Shown: positions 53,216-63,204 of the stretch, one piece after another | How positions within the stretch are numbered: the stretch's first letter is position 1 | Layout: each line of letters begins with the position of its first letter | Made by a program: the position numbers and the translations under genes | NCBI GenBank assembly: GCA_963812155.1 | Contig: CAWETW010000002.1 | Coordinates: 416,001-480,000 of the forward strand | From: Vulcanimicrobiota bacterium | GTDB taxonomy: Bacteria; Vulcanimicrobiota; Vulcanimicrobiia; Vulcanimicrobiales; Vulcanimicrobiaceae | Length of the DNA: 64,000 nt | Reading direction: 5' to 3' | The notes under the pieces: model-generated | Database searches by the model: none | What the model saw: only the letters and a program-made list of their open reading frames with translations | What the model was told of the DNA's origin: nothing

Positions 53216-53820
53216 AACTCGGTATTTTCGGCGGCACGTTCGATCCGATTCATAACGCGCATCTCTTCGTCGCCGAATCGGCGCGGTTGAGCGAAGATCT
53301 CGATCGCGTGTTGTTCGTACCGGCTAACTCCCAGCATTATCGCGACCGGGCGCACGCGCCGGTCGAGCATCGGTGCGCGATGATCCTCGCCGCCATCGCC
53401 GGCAACTCCGGATTCGCGCTCGACGATACCGATTTGCACGAGGATGCGACCGGGTATACGGCCGATTTGATTCCGCGGCTCGCACGGCGCTATCCGGGCG
53501 GCACGTTCACGTTCATCATCGGCGCCGATTCGCTCGTCAACACGGCGTGGGTTCGCTTCGACGAAGTGTTGGAATCGCTCGAACGTTTCGTCATCGCGCC
53601 GCGCCCCGGCGTTCGAGCCGACGCGCTGGGCCGCGTGCTGGAGGCCGTTCCGGGCCGTCTGCGCGAGCGCGTCGCGTCGCTAAACCTTCCCGAGGTTCCC
53701 GAATCGGCGACGGCAATTCGCGCGTTGCTGTCGCAAGGCCGCAGCATTCGTTACTTGGTCCCCGACGAGGTTTGGCAATACATCCTCACGCAAAAGCTCT
53801 ACGGCTTCGGCGATGCGTAG
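53212..53820 (+). CDS. nadD: Nicotinate-nucleotide adenylyltransferase
   Basis: GIFGGTFDPIHNAH, FIIGADS, SAT.IR, YLVP..V..YI...LY. Confidence 0.94.
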   Translation: MKLGIFGGTFDPIHNAHLFVAESARLSEDLDRVLFVPANSQHYRDRAHAPVEHRCAMILAAIAGNSGFALDDTDLHEDATGYTADLIPRLARRYPGGTFTFIIGADSLVNTAWVRFDEVLESLERFVIAPRPGVRADALGRVLEAVPGRLRERVASLNLPEVPESATAIRALLSQGRSIRYLVPDEVWQYILTQKLYGFGDA

Positions 53821-54217
53821 CGGGCTGCTCGCGCCGCTCGCCGTCGCGCTCTGGGCGAGCGGCTGCGCCGGCGGTGGCGGCGACGCGGCGGTCTGCTCCG
53901 CCTACCACGACGGACGTTCGCACGCCGAGGTGGTTGCCGATGGACGCGTCACCACCGTACTCGGCGTTGCGCAAGGCCGCGTCAGCCCCCACGAAGGGTT
54001 TCTGATGCGACTCGATTCTGGTTGCGACGTCATCGTTCGCGTGGAAGCCAATACCGATCTCACCGGCGAGTTTCCGATCGCTCGCGGCGACCGCGTGGTC
54101 GTCAAGGGCGAGTACGAGTACTATCCGCGCGGCGGCGTGATCCACTGGACGCATCGCGACCCGCGCGGGCGGCACGAGGGGGGCTACGTGCAGCTCGGCG
54201 GCCGCACGTATCAATAG
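53813..54217 (+). CDS. DUF3465 lipoprotein
   Basis: Lipobox ASGC; GD.V..KGEYEY...GGVIHWTHRDP.G.H.GG. Confidence 0.88.
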   Translation: MRSGLLAPLAVALWASGCAGGGGDAAVCSAYHDGRSHAEVVADGRVTTVLGVAQGRVSPHEGFLMRLDSGCDVIVRVEANTDLTGEFPIARGDRVVVKGEYEYYPRGGVIHWTHRDPRGRHEGGYVQLGGRTYQ

Positions 54218-54222
54218 CGCGG

Positions 54223-54912
54223 ATGGACGATCGTCGCGTCACGCGCGTGATTCTCGCGAGCGGCTCGCCGCGGCGACTGGAACTGCTGCGCTCGCTCGGG
54301 CTGGACGTCGTCGTCAAGCGGAGCGGTTACGGTGAGCCGTCGATCGCGGGAGTCTCGCCCGAGCGCCTGGCGACGCTCCACGCGCGTGAGAAGCTGGCGA
54401 GCGCCTTGCGCGCCGCGGCCGAAAGCGCCGCCGCGGACCTGCCCGTTATCGCGGCAGACACGGTGGTCGATGCCGGCGGCGTCGCGCTCGGGAAGCCTGC
54501 GGATGCCGGCGATGCGGCCCGAATGCTGCGACTCCTCTCGGGTCGCGAACATCGCGTGCATACCGCATTCGCGCTCTCGCTGCCCGGCGTCGCATCGCCG
54601 GTCGAGGAACTCTCGACGGCGCTGGTGCGCTTCTACCCGCTCGACGATCGCGAAATCGCCGAGTACGTGGAAAGCGGGGAGCCGCTCGACAAGGCGGGAG
54701 GTTACGGCATCCAAGGGCGCGCGGCCGCACTCGTCGAGTCGATCGCCGGCGACTTTTACACGGTGATGGGTTTTCCGCTGGCTCGCTTCGTTCGCGCCAT
54801 GCGGCGGTTGGGATTTTCTCTGCCGACCGCGAATCCCGTGGCTCCTTCAACTGCGGCCTCGGCCGCGCACACCGTGGGAGCGGCCGATTTTCACGTACCG
54901 GGACGAACGTAG
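54223..54912 (+). CDS. maf: Maf-family nucleotide pyrophosphatase
   Basis: ILASGSPRRLELL, AADTVV, GKP, DKAGGYGIQG, VMGFPL. Confidence 0.95.
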   Translation: MDDRRVTRVILASGSPRRLELLRSLGLDVVVKRSGYGEPSIAGVSPERLATLHAREKLASALRAAAESAAADLPVIAADTVVDAGGVALGKPADAGDAARMLRLLSGREHRVHTAFALSLPGVASPVEELSTALVRFYPLDDREIAEYVESGEPLDKAGGYGIQGRAAALVESIAGDFYTVMGFPLARFVRAMRRLGFSLPTANPVAPSTAASAAHTVGAADFHVPGRT

Positions 54913-55690
54913 ACTTTTCGCGCTGATCAGCCTCATCATCGTGGCGGCGTTGATTGCGCTCGTGCAAATCAACGCGCAGCGTGCGAAGACGGAGAGTCCG
55001 ATCGCGGCGGTCGCGACGTCGCTTTTCGCATTTGCAGAGAGTGCGGTCTCGGCGACGGCGGCCGGGGCGCGCGGCGGCGCTGCGGCGGTCTTAGCGTTGC
55101 CGCAGCTCGAACGCGACGTCGCGCGGCTGCGCGCGCAGAATACCGCGCTGTCGGCCGAAAACGCCCGGCTGCACGAACTCGCCGCCGCCTATGCGGCCGA
55201 GGCCGGCGTTCGCGCTTCGGTCGCGCTTTACCACGGCATCGAGGCACGCGTCATCGGCTTCGCGCCGGAAAACGAATCGCGCACGGTGACGATCGATCGC
55301 GGATCTCATGCCGGCGTGCGCCGCGACGACGGCGTCGTCTCGGAAAGCGGCGTCGTCGGAAGAGTTGCATCGGCCGGTCCGCTGACCAGCACGGTGGTGC
55401 TCGTCACCGATTATACCAGCCGCATTCCGGCGGTCGTGCGCCGGGGCCGGTGGTGGGGCATCGCGCGCGGGAATCTCGGCAGCGTCCGGTTGGAATACGT
55501 GTCGCAGGATGCGCCGCTGGCAGCCGGGGACGTCGTCGTCACCGGCGAGGGACGTTCGTTTCATTCGGGCGTGCCGATCGGGACCGTCAGCGCAACCGAG
55601 CGCGGCGACGCAACGCTCTACCAAACGGCGGTGGTAACGCCCGCGGCGAATCTCGGCGCTCTCGATCGCGTTGTCGTCATTCCGCGGTAA
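54887..55690 (+). CDS. mreC: Rod shape-determining protein MreC (start possibly ATT 54887; first canonical start GTG 54941)
   Basis: TM, coiled coil EN..L, IDRG...GV, GVVGRV, GD.VVT.G...F..G.PIG.V. Confidence 0.92.
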   Translation: MFTYRDERRLFALISLIIVAALIALVQINAQRAKTESPIAAVATSLFAFAESAVSATAAGARGGAAAVLALPQLERDVARLRAQNTALSAENARLHELAAAYAAEAGVRASVALYHGIEARVIGFAPENESRTVTIDRGSHAGVRRDDGVVSESGVVGRVASAGPLTSTVVLVTDYTSRIPAVVRRGRWWGIARGNLGSVRLEYVSQDAPLAAGDVVVTGEGRSFHSGVPIGTVSATERGDATLYQTAVVTPAANLGALDRVVVIPR

Positions 55691-56198
55691 GCCGCAAGCC
55701 GCGCCGTTCGTCGGGCCGCCGTGGTACGTGGCGGCGGCATGGCTGGCGGTCGCGGTCCTCCTGCAAGCGACGCTGGTGCACGCGGTTGCGATTCGCGGCG
55801 TCGTGCCGAGCGTCGTACTGGCAGTCGTCGTCTGGTATGCGCTGCGCGTCGACGTGCTGCGCGCGGCGGCGTACGGACTCGCCGCCGGACTCTGTGAAGA
55901 CGTCCTTTCCGCGACGACCGGCGCGGCGTGGACGATTTCGACGCTCGCCGCCGCCGTAACCGCCGGCATCCTGTCGCGCGGGTTTTTCGCCGACTCAATT
56001 CCGCTCGCAGCCGCCATTACGATCGTCGCAACGCTGCTGCGGGCGCTGATTTTCTGGGCCATCATGTCGTTCGAAGGCTATCCGCCGGGATTGGGCGCGA
56101 TGCACGCGCGCGAAGCGCTGGCGGCTGCAGTGCTCAACGCCGCGGTCATCGTTGCGGCCACGCTCGTCGTGCGCCGCATCGGTCCGCGCACTGCATGA
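55671..56198 (+). CDS. mreD: Rod shape-determining protein MreD
   Basis: Hydrophobic; G..P...L, G...GL..D; lies between mreC and mrdA. Confidence 0.88.
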   Translation: MSSFRGKPQAAPFVGPPWYVAAAWLAVAVLLQATLVHAVAIRGVVPSVVLAVVVWYALRVDVLRAAAYGLAAGLCEDVLSATTGAAWTISTLAAAVTAGILSRGFFADSIPLAAAITIVATLLRALIFWAIMSFEGYPPGLGAMHAREALAAAVLNAAVIVAATLVVRRIGPRTA

Positions 56199-58045
56199 CG
56201 ACGAACCGGCCGCCGAAACCGCAGCCGTGGGAGCGGCCCGCGTGGCGCGTTGCCGCACTGGTCGCGTGCATGCTCGCGGCGGGCATCGCGCTCGTCGTGC
56301 GCCTAGTCGAGGTGCAGTTGCTGGACGGCGAAAAATATCGCGCCGCGGCGCAAGCCAATCAAGTGCGCTTGATTCCGGTGGCAGCACCGCGCGGCGTCAT
56401 CTACGATCGTCACGGCACCGTCCTGGTGCGCAGCCGTCCCTCGTTCGTCGTCGGATTGATTCCCTCGCAGATCGAAGATATCGACGGCGAGCTGGCAACG
56501 CTCGCGACGACGCTCGGCGTCGACCCGGGCGTGCTGCGTTTTCGTTTGCTCCATCATCGCGGCGCGAACTATCGCGATTTCGACGAGGTCGTTGCCGGCG
56601 AACCGTACGGTCCGGTCGTGCTCGCAAGCGATTTGCCGGTCGCGAAAGTCGCGCGCCTTTCCGAGCTGCTCAGCGAACTGCCGGGCATCGATTTGGAAGT
56701 GCAGCCGACGCGCGACTATCCGTACGGGCCGCTTGGATCGCACCTTTTCGGCTACGTCGGGGCCATCACCGAACAAGAGTACCAACGCCTTAAGAACCAA
56801 GGGTATTCGCCCAACGACGTCGTCGGCAAAGACGGCCTGGAAGCCGTCTACGATAGGTATCTGCGCGGCGTTCCGGGCGGCGAGCGCGAGCTCGTCGACG
56901 CGACCGGCGCCGTCGTGTCGACGATTTCCTCGCAGCCCGCCATTGCGGGCGACACGCTGGTGACCAGCATCGATTGGCGGCTGCAGCATATCGTCGAAAA
57001 CGCGCTGGCTTCCGAGATTGCGTCGTGGGGGCACGGCCGCCGGCTGTCGGGAGCCGTGGTCGCCGAGGATCCGTGGACGGGCGGAATTCTCGCGCTGGCG
57101 AGTTATCCCAACTTCGATCCGCGCGACTTTGCGAGCGACCGCTTCAAACGCGTGCAGCGCTATCTCACCGACGCGAGCGAACCGCTCTTCGATCGCGCGA
57201 TTGCCGCGGCTACGCCGACCGGGTCGACCTTCAAGATGGTCACCGGTTCCGCAGCGCTCACCGAAGGCGTCGTCAAAGTCGATCAAGTCGTCTACGATAC
57301 CGGCGGCTGGAACTGCGGCGGTTACTACGCGCGCGACATCGCCGCCGGCGGCCTCGGCAACACGACCTTCGTGCCCGCACTGGCGGCGTCGAGCGACGGC
57401 TACTTCTTCCGGCTTTCGTGGTGGCTGGGCAACGAGCGCTTGCGCAGGTACGCGCTCGCGTTCGGTCTCGATGCGAAAAGCGGCGTCGATCTTCCGGGGG
57501 AGAACGAAGGCAATTGGCCGACGAACGCGTGGGAAATGCGAACCTTCGGCGTTCCGATGCAGCCCAGCGAATCGTGCTTTCTCGGAATCGGGCAAGGCGC
57601 GATGCAAGCAACGCCGCTGCAGATGGCCAACGTCGCTTCCGCGGTCATCAACGGCGGTACGCTCTACAAACCACAGATCGTGCACGAGATTCGTTCGCCG
57701 AACGGCCGCATCATCAAGCGCTTCTTGCCCGAAGTCATTCGCCGAGTTCCGGTCACGCCGGAGTCGCTGGCTGCGGTGCGCGCGGGCATGGCGAAAGTCA
57801 CCGATCCGGGCGGCACCGCGTACGGATTGGCGATTGCGGGCTTACCGTATTCGGGAAAGACGGGCACCGCCGAAACCGCCGGCGGCAACGGTCCGAACAC
57901 GACGTGGTTCATCGCGTGGGCTCCAAGCGATCGCCCTAAAATCGCGTTGGCGGTTTTCGTCGATCGCAGCGGTGGCTACGGCGCGCAGGTTGCCGCTCCG
58001 ATCGCGCGCCAAATTCTCGTCGAGTACTTCCGCAAGAAACCGTAG
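56195..58045 (+). CDS. mrdA: Penicillin-binding protein 2
   Basis: APRG.IYDR, R.YP, GK.GLE..YD..LRG, STFK, SSD, KTGTAE. Confidence 0.95.
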   Translation: MTTNRPPKPQPWERPAWRVAALVACMLAAGIALVVRLVEVQLLDGEKYRAAAQANQVRLIPVAAPRGVIYDRHGTVLVRSRPSFVVGLIPSQIEDIDGELATLATTLGVDPGVLRFRLLHHRGANYRDFDEVVAGEPYGPVVLASDLPVAKVARLSELLSELPGIDLEVQPTRDYPYGPLGSHLFGYVGAITEQEYQRLKNQGYSPNDVVGKDGLEAVYDRYLRGVPGGERELVDATGAVVSTISSQPAIAGDTLVTSIDWRLQHIVENALASEIASWGHGRRLSGAVVAEDPWTGGILALASYPNFDPRDFASDRFKRVQRYLTDASEPLFDRAIAAATPTGSTFKMVTGSAALTEGVVKVDQVVYDTGGWNCGGYYARDIAAGGLGNTTFVPALAASSDGYFFRLSWWLGNERLRRYALAFGLDAKSGVDLPGENEGNWPTNAWEMRTFGVPMQPSESCFLGIGQGAMQATPLQMANVASAVINGGTLYKPQIVHEIRSPNGRIIKRFLPEVIRRVPVTPESLAAVRAGMAKVTDPGGTAYGLAIAGLPYSGKTGTAETAGGNGPNTTWFIAWAPSDRPKIALAVFVDRSGGYGAQVAAPIARQILVEYFRKKP

Positions 58046-58051
58046 CGCATA

Positions 58052-58438
58052 TCAGGATGACGAGGCGAGCACTGCGAGTGCCGCCGAGATGCGCGACGCG
58101 CGTTCGCCGGGATTGGCGGCGAAATAACGCTCCACGCATGCGCTGCCGCCGCGGCGCGTAAGGGCGTGCGCCGCCGCTAGTGCGACCGCTTCGGACGAAT
58201 CCCCGAGGGCGCGCTCCAGCAACGGCTGCGAGGCATCGTCTTCCAGCGCGCCGAGGGCAAAGACCACGTCGCAGCGCTCGGATTCGCAAAGGCCTGCGAA
58301 ATCGCTGCCCGCGTCGCCGGTCCAGGTATCGTCGCCGCGCGCACGCACGGCAGCGGCTCGCGACGATGCGCGCACGGCAACGAACGCGACCGTCGCCAGA
58401 ATGAAGACGCCCGCGACGACCGCCGCGGCGAAGATCAC
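58052..58438 (-). CDS. Small membrane-anchored HEAT-repeat protein
   Basis: N-terminal TM; L..AL.D....V..AAA.AL; GTGA overlap with upstream gene. Confidence 0.7.
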   Translation of the reverse strand: MIFAAAVVAGVFILATVAFVAVRASSRAAAVRARGDDTWTGDAGSDFAGLCESERCDVVFALGALEDDASQPLLERALGDSSEAVALAAAHALTRRGGSACVERYFAANPGERASRISAALAVLASSS

Positions 58439-61400
58439 CGCGCGGCCGCGTGCAGCGCCGCGAGCACGTCGTCGAGCGCAGCGTCGAGTGCGCCGTCACG
58501 ATCGCGCTGCAGCGCGGTGACGAACTCCGCGGATTCCAACTCCGCCATGGCGTCGAGCCGGTCGCACAGCGGTGCACGATAGCGAGCGAACTCCGCCGGC
58601 GCCTCCGGCAGCAGACGTGCTAACGCGGCCCACGAAGTCGCGCTTGCCAACTCGGCGTCTTCGATCCGATCGGCAAACTGCGAGAGCGCGCCCGGTTCGA
58701 ACGTGCCGGTGAGAAGCGTCACGGCGGCATCGGGCGGTTCCGCGGGCATTCCAAGGGCCGACGCGGCTTCGTGGAGCAGCCGTTCGATCACCGCGCGCAG
58801 CGACGGCGTCTCGAGGTCCCGCGCTGCGATGGCGTAGTTCGGCAGCCGAAGTTTGATGAAGAGCCGGTCGAGTTCGTCGCGCAACGCGTCGCGCAACGCC
58901 GCAAGCGCGCCGGCGCGTGCGTCGCCGAGCGCGTCGGGCAAAAAGGCACGGATCGCAAAGAGATGCGTGACGAATCCTTCGAAGCGCGCCTCCTCGAGAA
59001 ACCGCACGACGCGCGTCAGTCGCTCGGGGGAGAACGCGAGCATCGTTCCGGCGCGACGCTCGCCGCTCGCCGCGAGCGAGGCAATCGCAGGTATTCCCGG
59101 CTCGAGCGCGATCTCCGCAGTGCCGTTACGCTCGGCAACCGGCGTGGCCGGCGGGAGTTCGAGGAATCGTTCTTCGGTCAGCGCGCGGCGGCTGCGCCCG
59201 AAGGCCGGCCCGAGCATGCCGTCGAGCCCGAACGGCAGTCCCGCGATCGAATTCGCGAACGCGGGCGCGGCGCGCACTTTCAGTTCTTCGGCGACGATGT
59301 CGTCTTCGCGTTCGTCGTCGTAACGAACGCGCGCGGTGACGTCGATCGCTTCGCCCGCGGCAAGGCCGTTGTGCACGACGTCCTGCCATCGAATCGTCGC
59401 TTCGACGCCCGGGTCCACGTCGTTGAGCGCGATGCCCGGCTCGACCGCGAACGGCGCCGCCGCCCCGGCGTCGCGAATCGGGACGTCGTTGACCGTCGTC
59501 GAGTTCGGAACGTAGATCAACGACGAAGGGCGCGCGACCGACGCGCAGACGCGCCGCGCCGGCCCGTCGCCGCCGTTGCGTAAGTGGAGCGTCCATTCGA
59601 TCGTTTCACCCGCGTCGACGACGCCGGCGGGCTCGCAGGCCAGCGATCCGACCGAGAAATCGGGTTGCGCGGCGGTGGCAATCGTCAACTGCGTGAGCGG
59701 TACCGGCAGCATCGCGGATGCCGTGACGACGCCGTCGACCGTGACGGGATGTTCGCGCGCGATGCTGCGCAATAGCCGCAAGCCTAACCGAGCCCTCGCG
59801 TGAGCGCCGGCGCGGACTTCGCCGAAGACGAGCGTCGAACGTTCCCGCACGGCGCCCTCGACGCTCTCCAGCCGCGCTTCCGGAGAGACGTACAAGCGCA
59901 GGCGGACGTCGTGAGCGACGTCGGTGCCGGCATTGACGAGTGCGACGTCGACGTCGGCGATTTGGTTCGGGCGCAAAACGCCTTCGCTCGCCAACTCCAA
60001 ACGGGATGTCGCAACGTCGAAGGCGGGATGCGAGTCGACGAGCCAAAAGACGTCGCCGAGCGGGGTTTCGCCGAGTTCGCGCGTGTGCAAACTTGCGCCG
60101 ACGCGGATCTCGCTGCGATCGGGATAGGGCGATCGCACGTGGGCGCGCAACGTCAGCCGCCGGCTCGCGTATGCGTCGAGCGCTCCAAGATCGACGGTGT
60201 CGCCGTCGATCGGCAAGCGAGACGTGCGCTCGAAGATCCGCACCTCGTCGAGGGCGGGATCGGTGCGGAGGTGCAGCACCGCATCCGAAGCGACCGCCGT
60301 GCCGTCGTTGGCGACCGTCACGACGGCTTCAATGTCGCCGCCGGGTTTCACCGACGCGCCGCTCGCGCGCCGTAACGCGTTGCGATGCTCGGGCAACGCA
60401 GGCTCCGATCGAACGATCGCGCGAGATTCCAACCGCCGGGACCCGTTTTCTCGCGCCGGTTCCCACGACAGAACGGCGGCAACCGGCAGCGCGATGGCGT
60501 CGGCGAGCGGCGCGGCGACCGTCGCTTGCGCGCACAATACGACGGTCGCACCGGCATCGATCGAACCGAGCTCGAAGTGCAGCGGATCTTTGCGGCGCTC
60601 GCGCACCGGCCGGCCGTCGATCGTCGACGCGCCGCGCACCGGGACGATCGAATCGGGCAGCTCGAAGGCGACCGTCACGTTTTCGGCCGCGGCGGTGCCG
60701 GCGTTGCACGCGTTGAGCGTGAACGTGAGGCGGCTGCCGGGGCGCGCCTGCGTAGACGGCTCGACGCGCAGCGACGTCTCGTCGCCTTGAAAGTTGGGCG
60801 ACGAACGTACGGTCAGCGATGCCGGCGCCAAATCGAATGCCGCAGTCTCTTGCGACGCTACGGAAGCACGCGCGACGACGACGGTGCCGTCGGCGAGCGG
60901 CGCGTCGATGCGGATGCGATAGGTTAGGGTCGCGGTTGCGCCTGCGGGAAGCGTGCGCATCATGACCGGCGCGTAGACTCGATCGAATGCCGCGCCGAGT
61001 TCTCGTTCGAGTTCGCGTCCGTTCACGCGCGCCGATCCGCCCGCGTAACTCGCGTGCTCGGGAATCGGCGCCACGATGACGACGTCGTGCGCGCTCGATT
61101 CGCCGGCGTTGTGCACGCGTACGCTCGCCTCGGCGGTCGTTCCCGGAACCGGTTCGTCGCGCGACTCGAGCGAAACGATCGTCAACGCGTTTCGCAGTTG
61201 CGGACGGCTTCGCACCGCCAGCCGGACGACGTTCGATCCGACCGGCGCCAGTTCGAACGAAGCAACGGCGGCCTGCACTTCGATCGTCGTACCGTTCTCG
61301 ATGGCGCCCGCGACGCTATAGGCAACGACGACGGTGCGCTCTTCGCCGGGCGCGACGTCGCCGATGTCGGCCCCGCCGCTCGCCAAAATCGGCGAGTTTC

Positions 61401-61644
61401 CTAGTCCGTCGTCGAGTAGTGCATCGTCGAGCTTACCGCTGCCGACGAGATACACCAAACCGTCGGGCAAGGTGAAACGGACGCGTACGCCGGTCGCCGG
61501 AGCGCCCCCCTGGTTGCGAAAGGTGAACGCCGCGTGCACCGTCATTCCAGGTTCCAGCTCGCGTTCGGGCGAAACGACGAGCGTCCGGAGGCCCTCCGGC
61601 AGCGTCGGAGCGCCGGGCGCGAAAACCTCCGACAGGGTACGCAT
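58435..61644 (-). CDS. Multi-DUF11 (conserved repeat, Ig-like) protein
   Basis: About six PG....(F/W)T..N.G...A..V repeats, several with Y..GS...NG; C-terminal helical domain. Confidence 0.85.
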   Translation of the reverse strand: MRTLSEVFAPGAPTLPEGLRTLVVSPERELEPGMTVHAAFTFRNQGGAPATGVRVRFTLPDGLVYLVGSGKLDDALLDDGLGNSPILASGGADIGDVAPGEERTVVVAYSVAGAIENGTTIEVQAAVASFELAPVGSNVVRLAVRSRPQLRNALTIVSLESRDEPVPGTTAEASVRVHNAGESSAHDVVIVAPIPEHASYAGGSARVNGRELERELGAAFDRVYAPVMMRTLPAGATATLTYRIRIDAPLADGTVVVARASVASQETAAFDLAPASLTVRSSPNFQGDETSLRVEPSTQARPGSRLTFTLNACNAGTAAAENVTVAFELPDSIVPVRGASTIDGRPVRERRKDPLHFELGSIDAGATVVLCAQATVAAPLADAIALPVAAVLSWEPARENGSRRLESRAIVRSEPALPEHRNALRRASGASVKPGGDIEAVVTVANDGTAVASDAVLHLRTDPALDEVRIFERTSRLPIDGDTVDLGALDAYASRRLTLRAHVRSPYPDRSEIRVGASLHTRELGETPLGDVFWLVDSHPAFDVATSRLELASEGVLRPNQIADVDVALVNAGTDVAHDVRLRLYVSPEARLESVEGAVRERSTLVFGEVRAGAHARARLGLRLLRSIAREHPVTVDGVVTASAMLPVPLTQLTIATAAQPDFSVGSLACEPAGVVDAGETIEWTLHLRNGGDGPARRVCASVARPSSLIYVPNSTTVNDVPIRDAGAAAPFAVEPGIALNDVDPGVEATIRWQDVVHNGLAAGEAIDVTARVRYDDEREDDIVAEELKVRAAPAFANSIAGLPFGLDGMLGPAFGRSRRALTEERFLELPPATPVAERNGTAEIALEPGIPAIASLAASGERRAGTMLAFSPERLTRVVRFLEEARFEGFVTHLFAIRAFLPDALGDARAGALAALRDALRDELDRLFIKLRLPNYAIAARDLETPSLRAVIERLLHEAASALGMPAEPPDAAVTLLTGTFEPGALSQFADRIEDAELASATSWAALARLLPEAPAEFARYRAPLCDRLDAMAELESAEFVTALQRDRDGALDAALDDVLAALHAAAR

Positions 61645-61720
61645 GACGCGATGACGTTTCGCCGCCCGCCAATGGCCCCCTTGACGCACATTCATTGCGC
61701 TGATGCCTGAAGGAGTCACG

Positions 61721-62917
61721 ATGCTCGCAGTTCACGAAGATCGCATCGCCGCGGCCGTCGATCGCCTCGGATCCGAGAACGCGTTCGAAGTGCTGGCTCG
61801 CGCGCGCCAACTCGAAGCGCAAGGACGCCGCGTCGTGCACATGGAGATCGGCGAGCCCGATTTCGATACGCCCGATCACATCAAGAAAGCCGCCGCGGAA
61901 GCGCTCTACGACTGTCACACCCACTATACGCCGTCGGCCGGCATTCCCGAGCTGCGCTCGACGATTGCTGAGTATGCAACGCGTTTTCGCCGGATCGCGC
62001 CGGCATACGGCGTTGAAAACGTGGTCGTCGCGCCCGGTGCGAAGCCGGTCATTTGGAACGTGCTTTCGGCGCTGCTCGATCCCGGCGACGACTTCATTTA
62101 TTTCGACCCCGCGTATCCGGCGTACGCGTCGTGCGCGAGTTATCTCCAGGCGAACGTTCACGCGATTCCGCTGCTCGAGTCACGCAACTGGCGGATGGAT
62201 CTCGACGAACTCGAAAGCCGCGTGTCGAACCGTACCAAAGCAGTCGTCATCAACTCGCCGCACAATCCGACCGGCGGCGTGCTGACGAAAGGCGATCTCG
62301 AGCGAATTGCCGACATGGCGCAGCGCCACGATTTCTTCGTCATCGCCGACGAGATTTACAGCCGCAATTTCTATCTCGACAGCGACTACGTTTCGATCGC
62401 ATCGCTCGACGGAATGCGCGATCGCACGATCGTGGTCGACGGTTTTTCGAAAGCCTACGCGATGACGGGATGGCGGCTCGGGTACGCGATCATGGCGCCG
62501 GAGTTGGCGAAGATCGTCACGCTCTTCAACAACAACACGTTCAGCTGCGTGACGGCATTCGTGCAGATGGCAGGCATTGCGGCGTTGACCGGTCCCGACG
62601 AACCCGTGCGGCGCATGAACGAAACCTTTCGCCAGCGCCGCGACCGGCTCGTTGCGGGGCTCAACGACATCCGCGGCATGTCGTGCACGCTCCCCGAAGG
62701 CGCGTTCTACGCGTTCCCCAACGTGACGGCGATCACGCAAGACGACCGCGCGCTCGCGAAGTTCCTTTTAGAAGAAGGCGGCGTGGCGTGCGGCGGCGGC
62801 TCGTCGTTCGGCGCGGCCGGCAAAGGTTACTTGCGCTTCTCGTACGCGGCCTCCATCGACGACATCGATTGGGCGCTCGAGCAGATCGCAAGAGTGTTGC
62901 CCGACTTCAAAGGCTGA
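61721..62917 (+). CDS. PLP-dependent aminotransferase class I/II
   Basis: IGEPDF.TP, NSPHNPTG, DEIY, GFSKAYAMTGWRLGY, GAFY.F; AAGGAG RBS. Confidence 0.95.
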   Translation: MLAVHEDRIAAAVDRLGSENAFEVLARARQLEAQGRRVVHMEIGEPDFDTPDHIKKAAAEALYDCHTHYTPSAGIPELRSTIAEYATRFRRIAPAYGVENVVVAPGAKPVIWNVLSALLDPGDDFIYFDPAYPAYASCASYLQANVHAIPLLESRNWRMDLDELESRVSNRTKAVVINSPHNPTGGVLTKGDLERIADMAQRHDFFVIADEIYSRNFYLDSDYVSIASLDGMRDRTIVVDGFSKAYAMTGWRLGYAIMAPELAKIVTLFNNNTFSCVTAFVQMAGIAALTGPDEPVRRMNETFRQRRDRLVAGLNDIRGMSCTLPEGAFYAFPNVTAITQDDRALAKFLLEEGGVACGGGSSFGAAGKGYLRFSYAASIDDIDWALEQIARVLPDFKG

Positions 62918-63133
62918 GCGGTGAAAGCGAGCGCGGCGGTGCGCGTCGTCGCCGCGCTCGGCCTCGCGCTGCATCGTCGCGGCGCTCGTCTACGCCATCG
63001 CGAACGGGCGGCGTCTTTCTCTTTCCGTTCCTGCTGCTCGTCGGCTTTCCGATGGCGGCCGTTTTTCGGAGGCGGCGTCTTCCTCCACCGGATTGCGACG
63101 ATCCGCTCCAGCCCCCGCCGCGCATCTCGCTCA

Positions 63134-63156
63134 ACTAGTGACATGACACTAGTGTC
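63134..63156. repeat. Nested palindromes (possible operator)
   Basis: ACTAGTG-N6-CACTAGT (63134-63153) overlapping perfect GACACTAGTGTC (63145-63156). Confidence 0.5.
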
Positions 63157-63204
63157 GTGTGAACGTACGATGCTCGGCGCTTCTGCGATCGAAGACGTTT
63201 AAAG

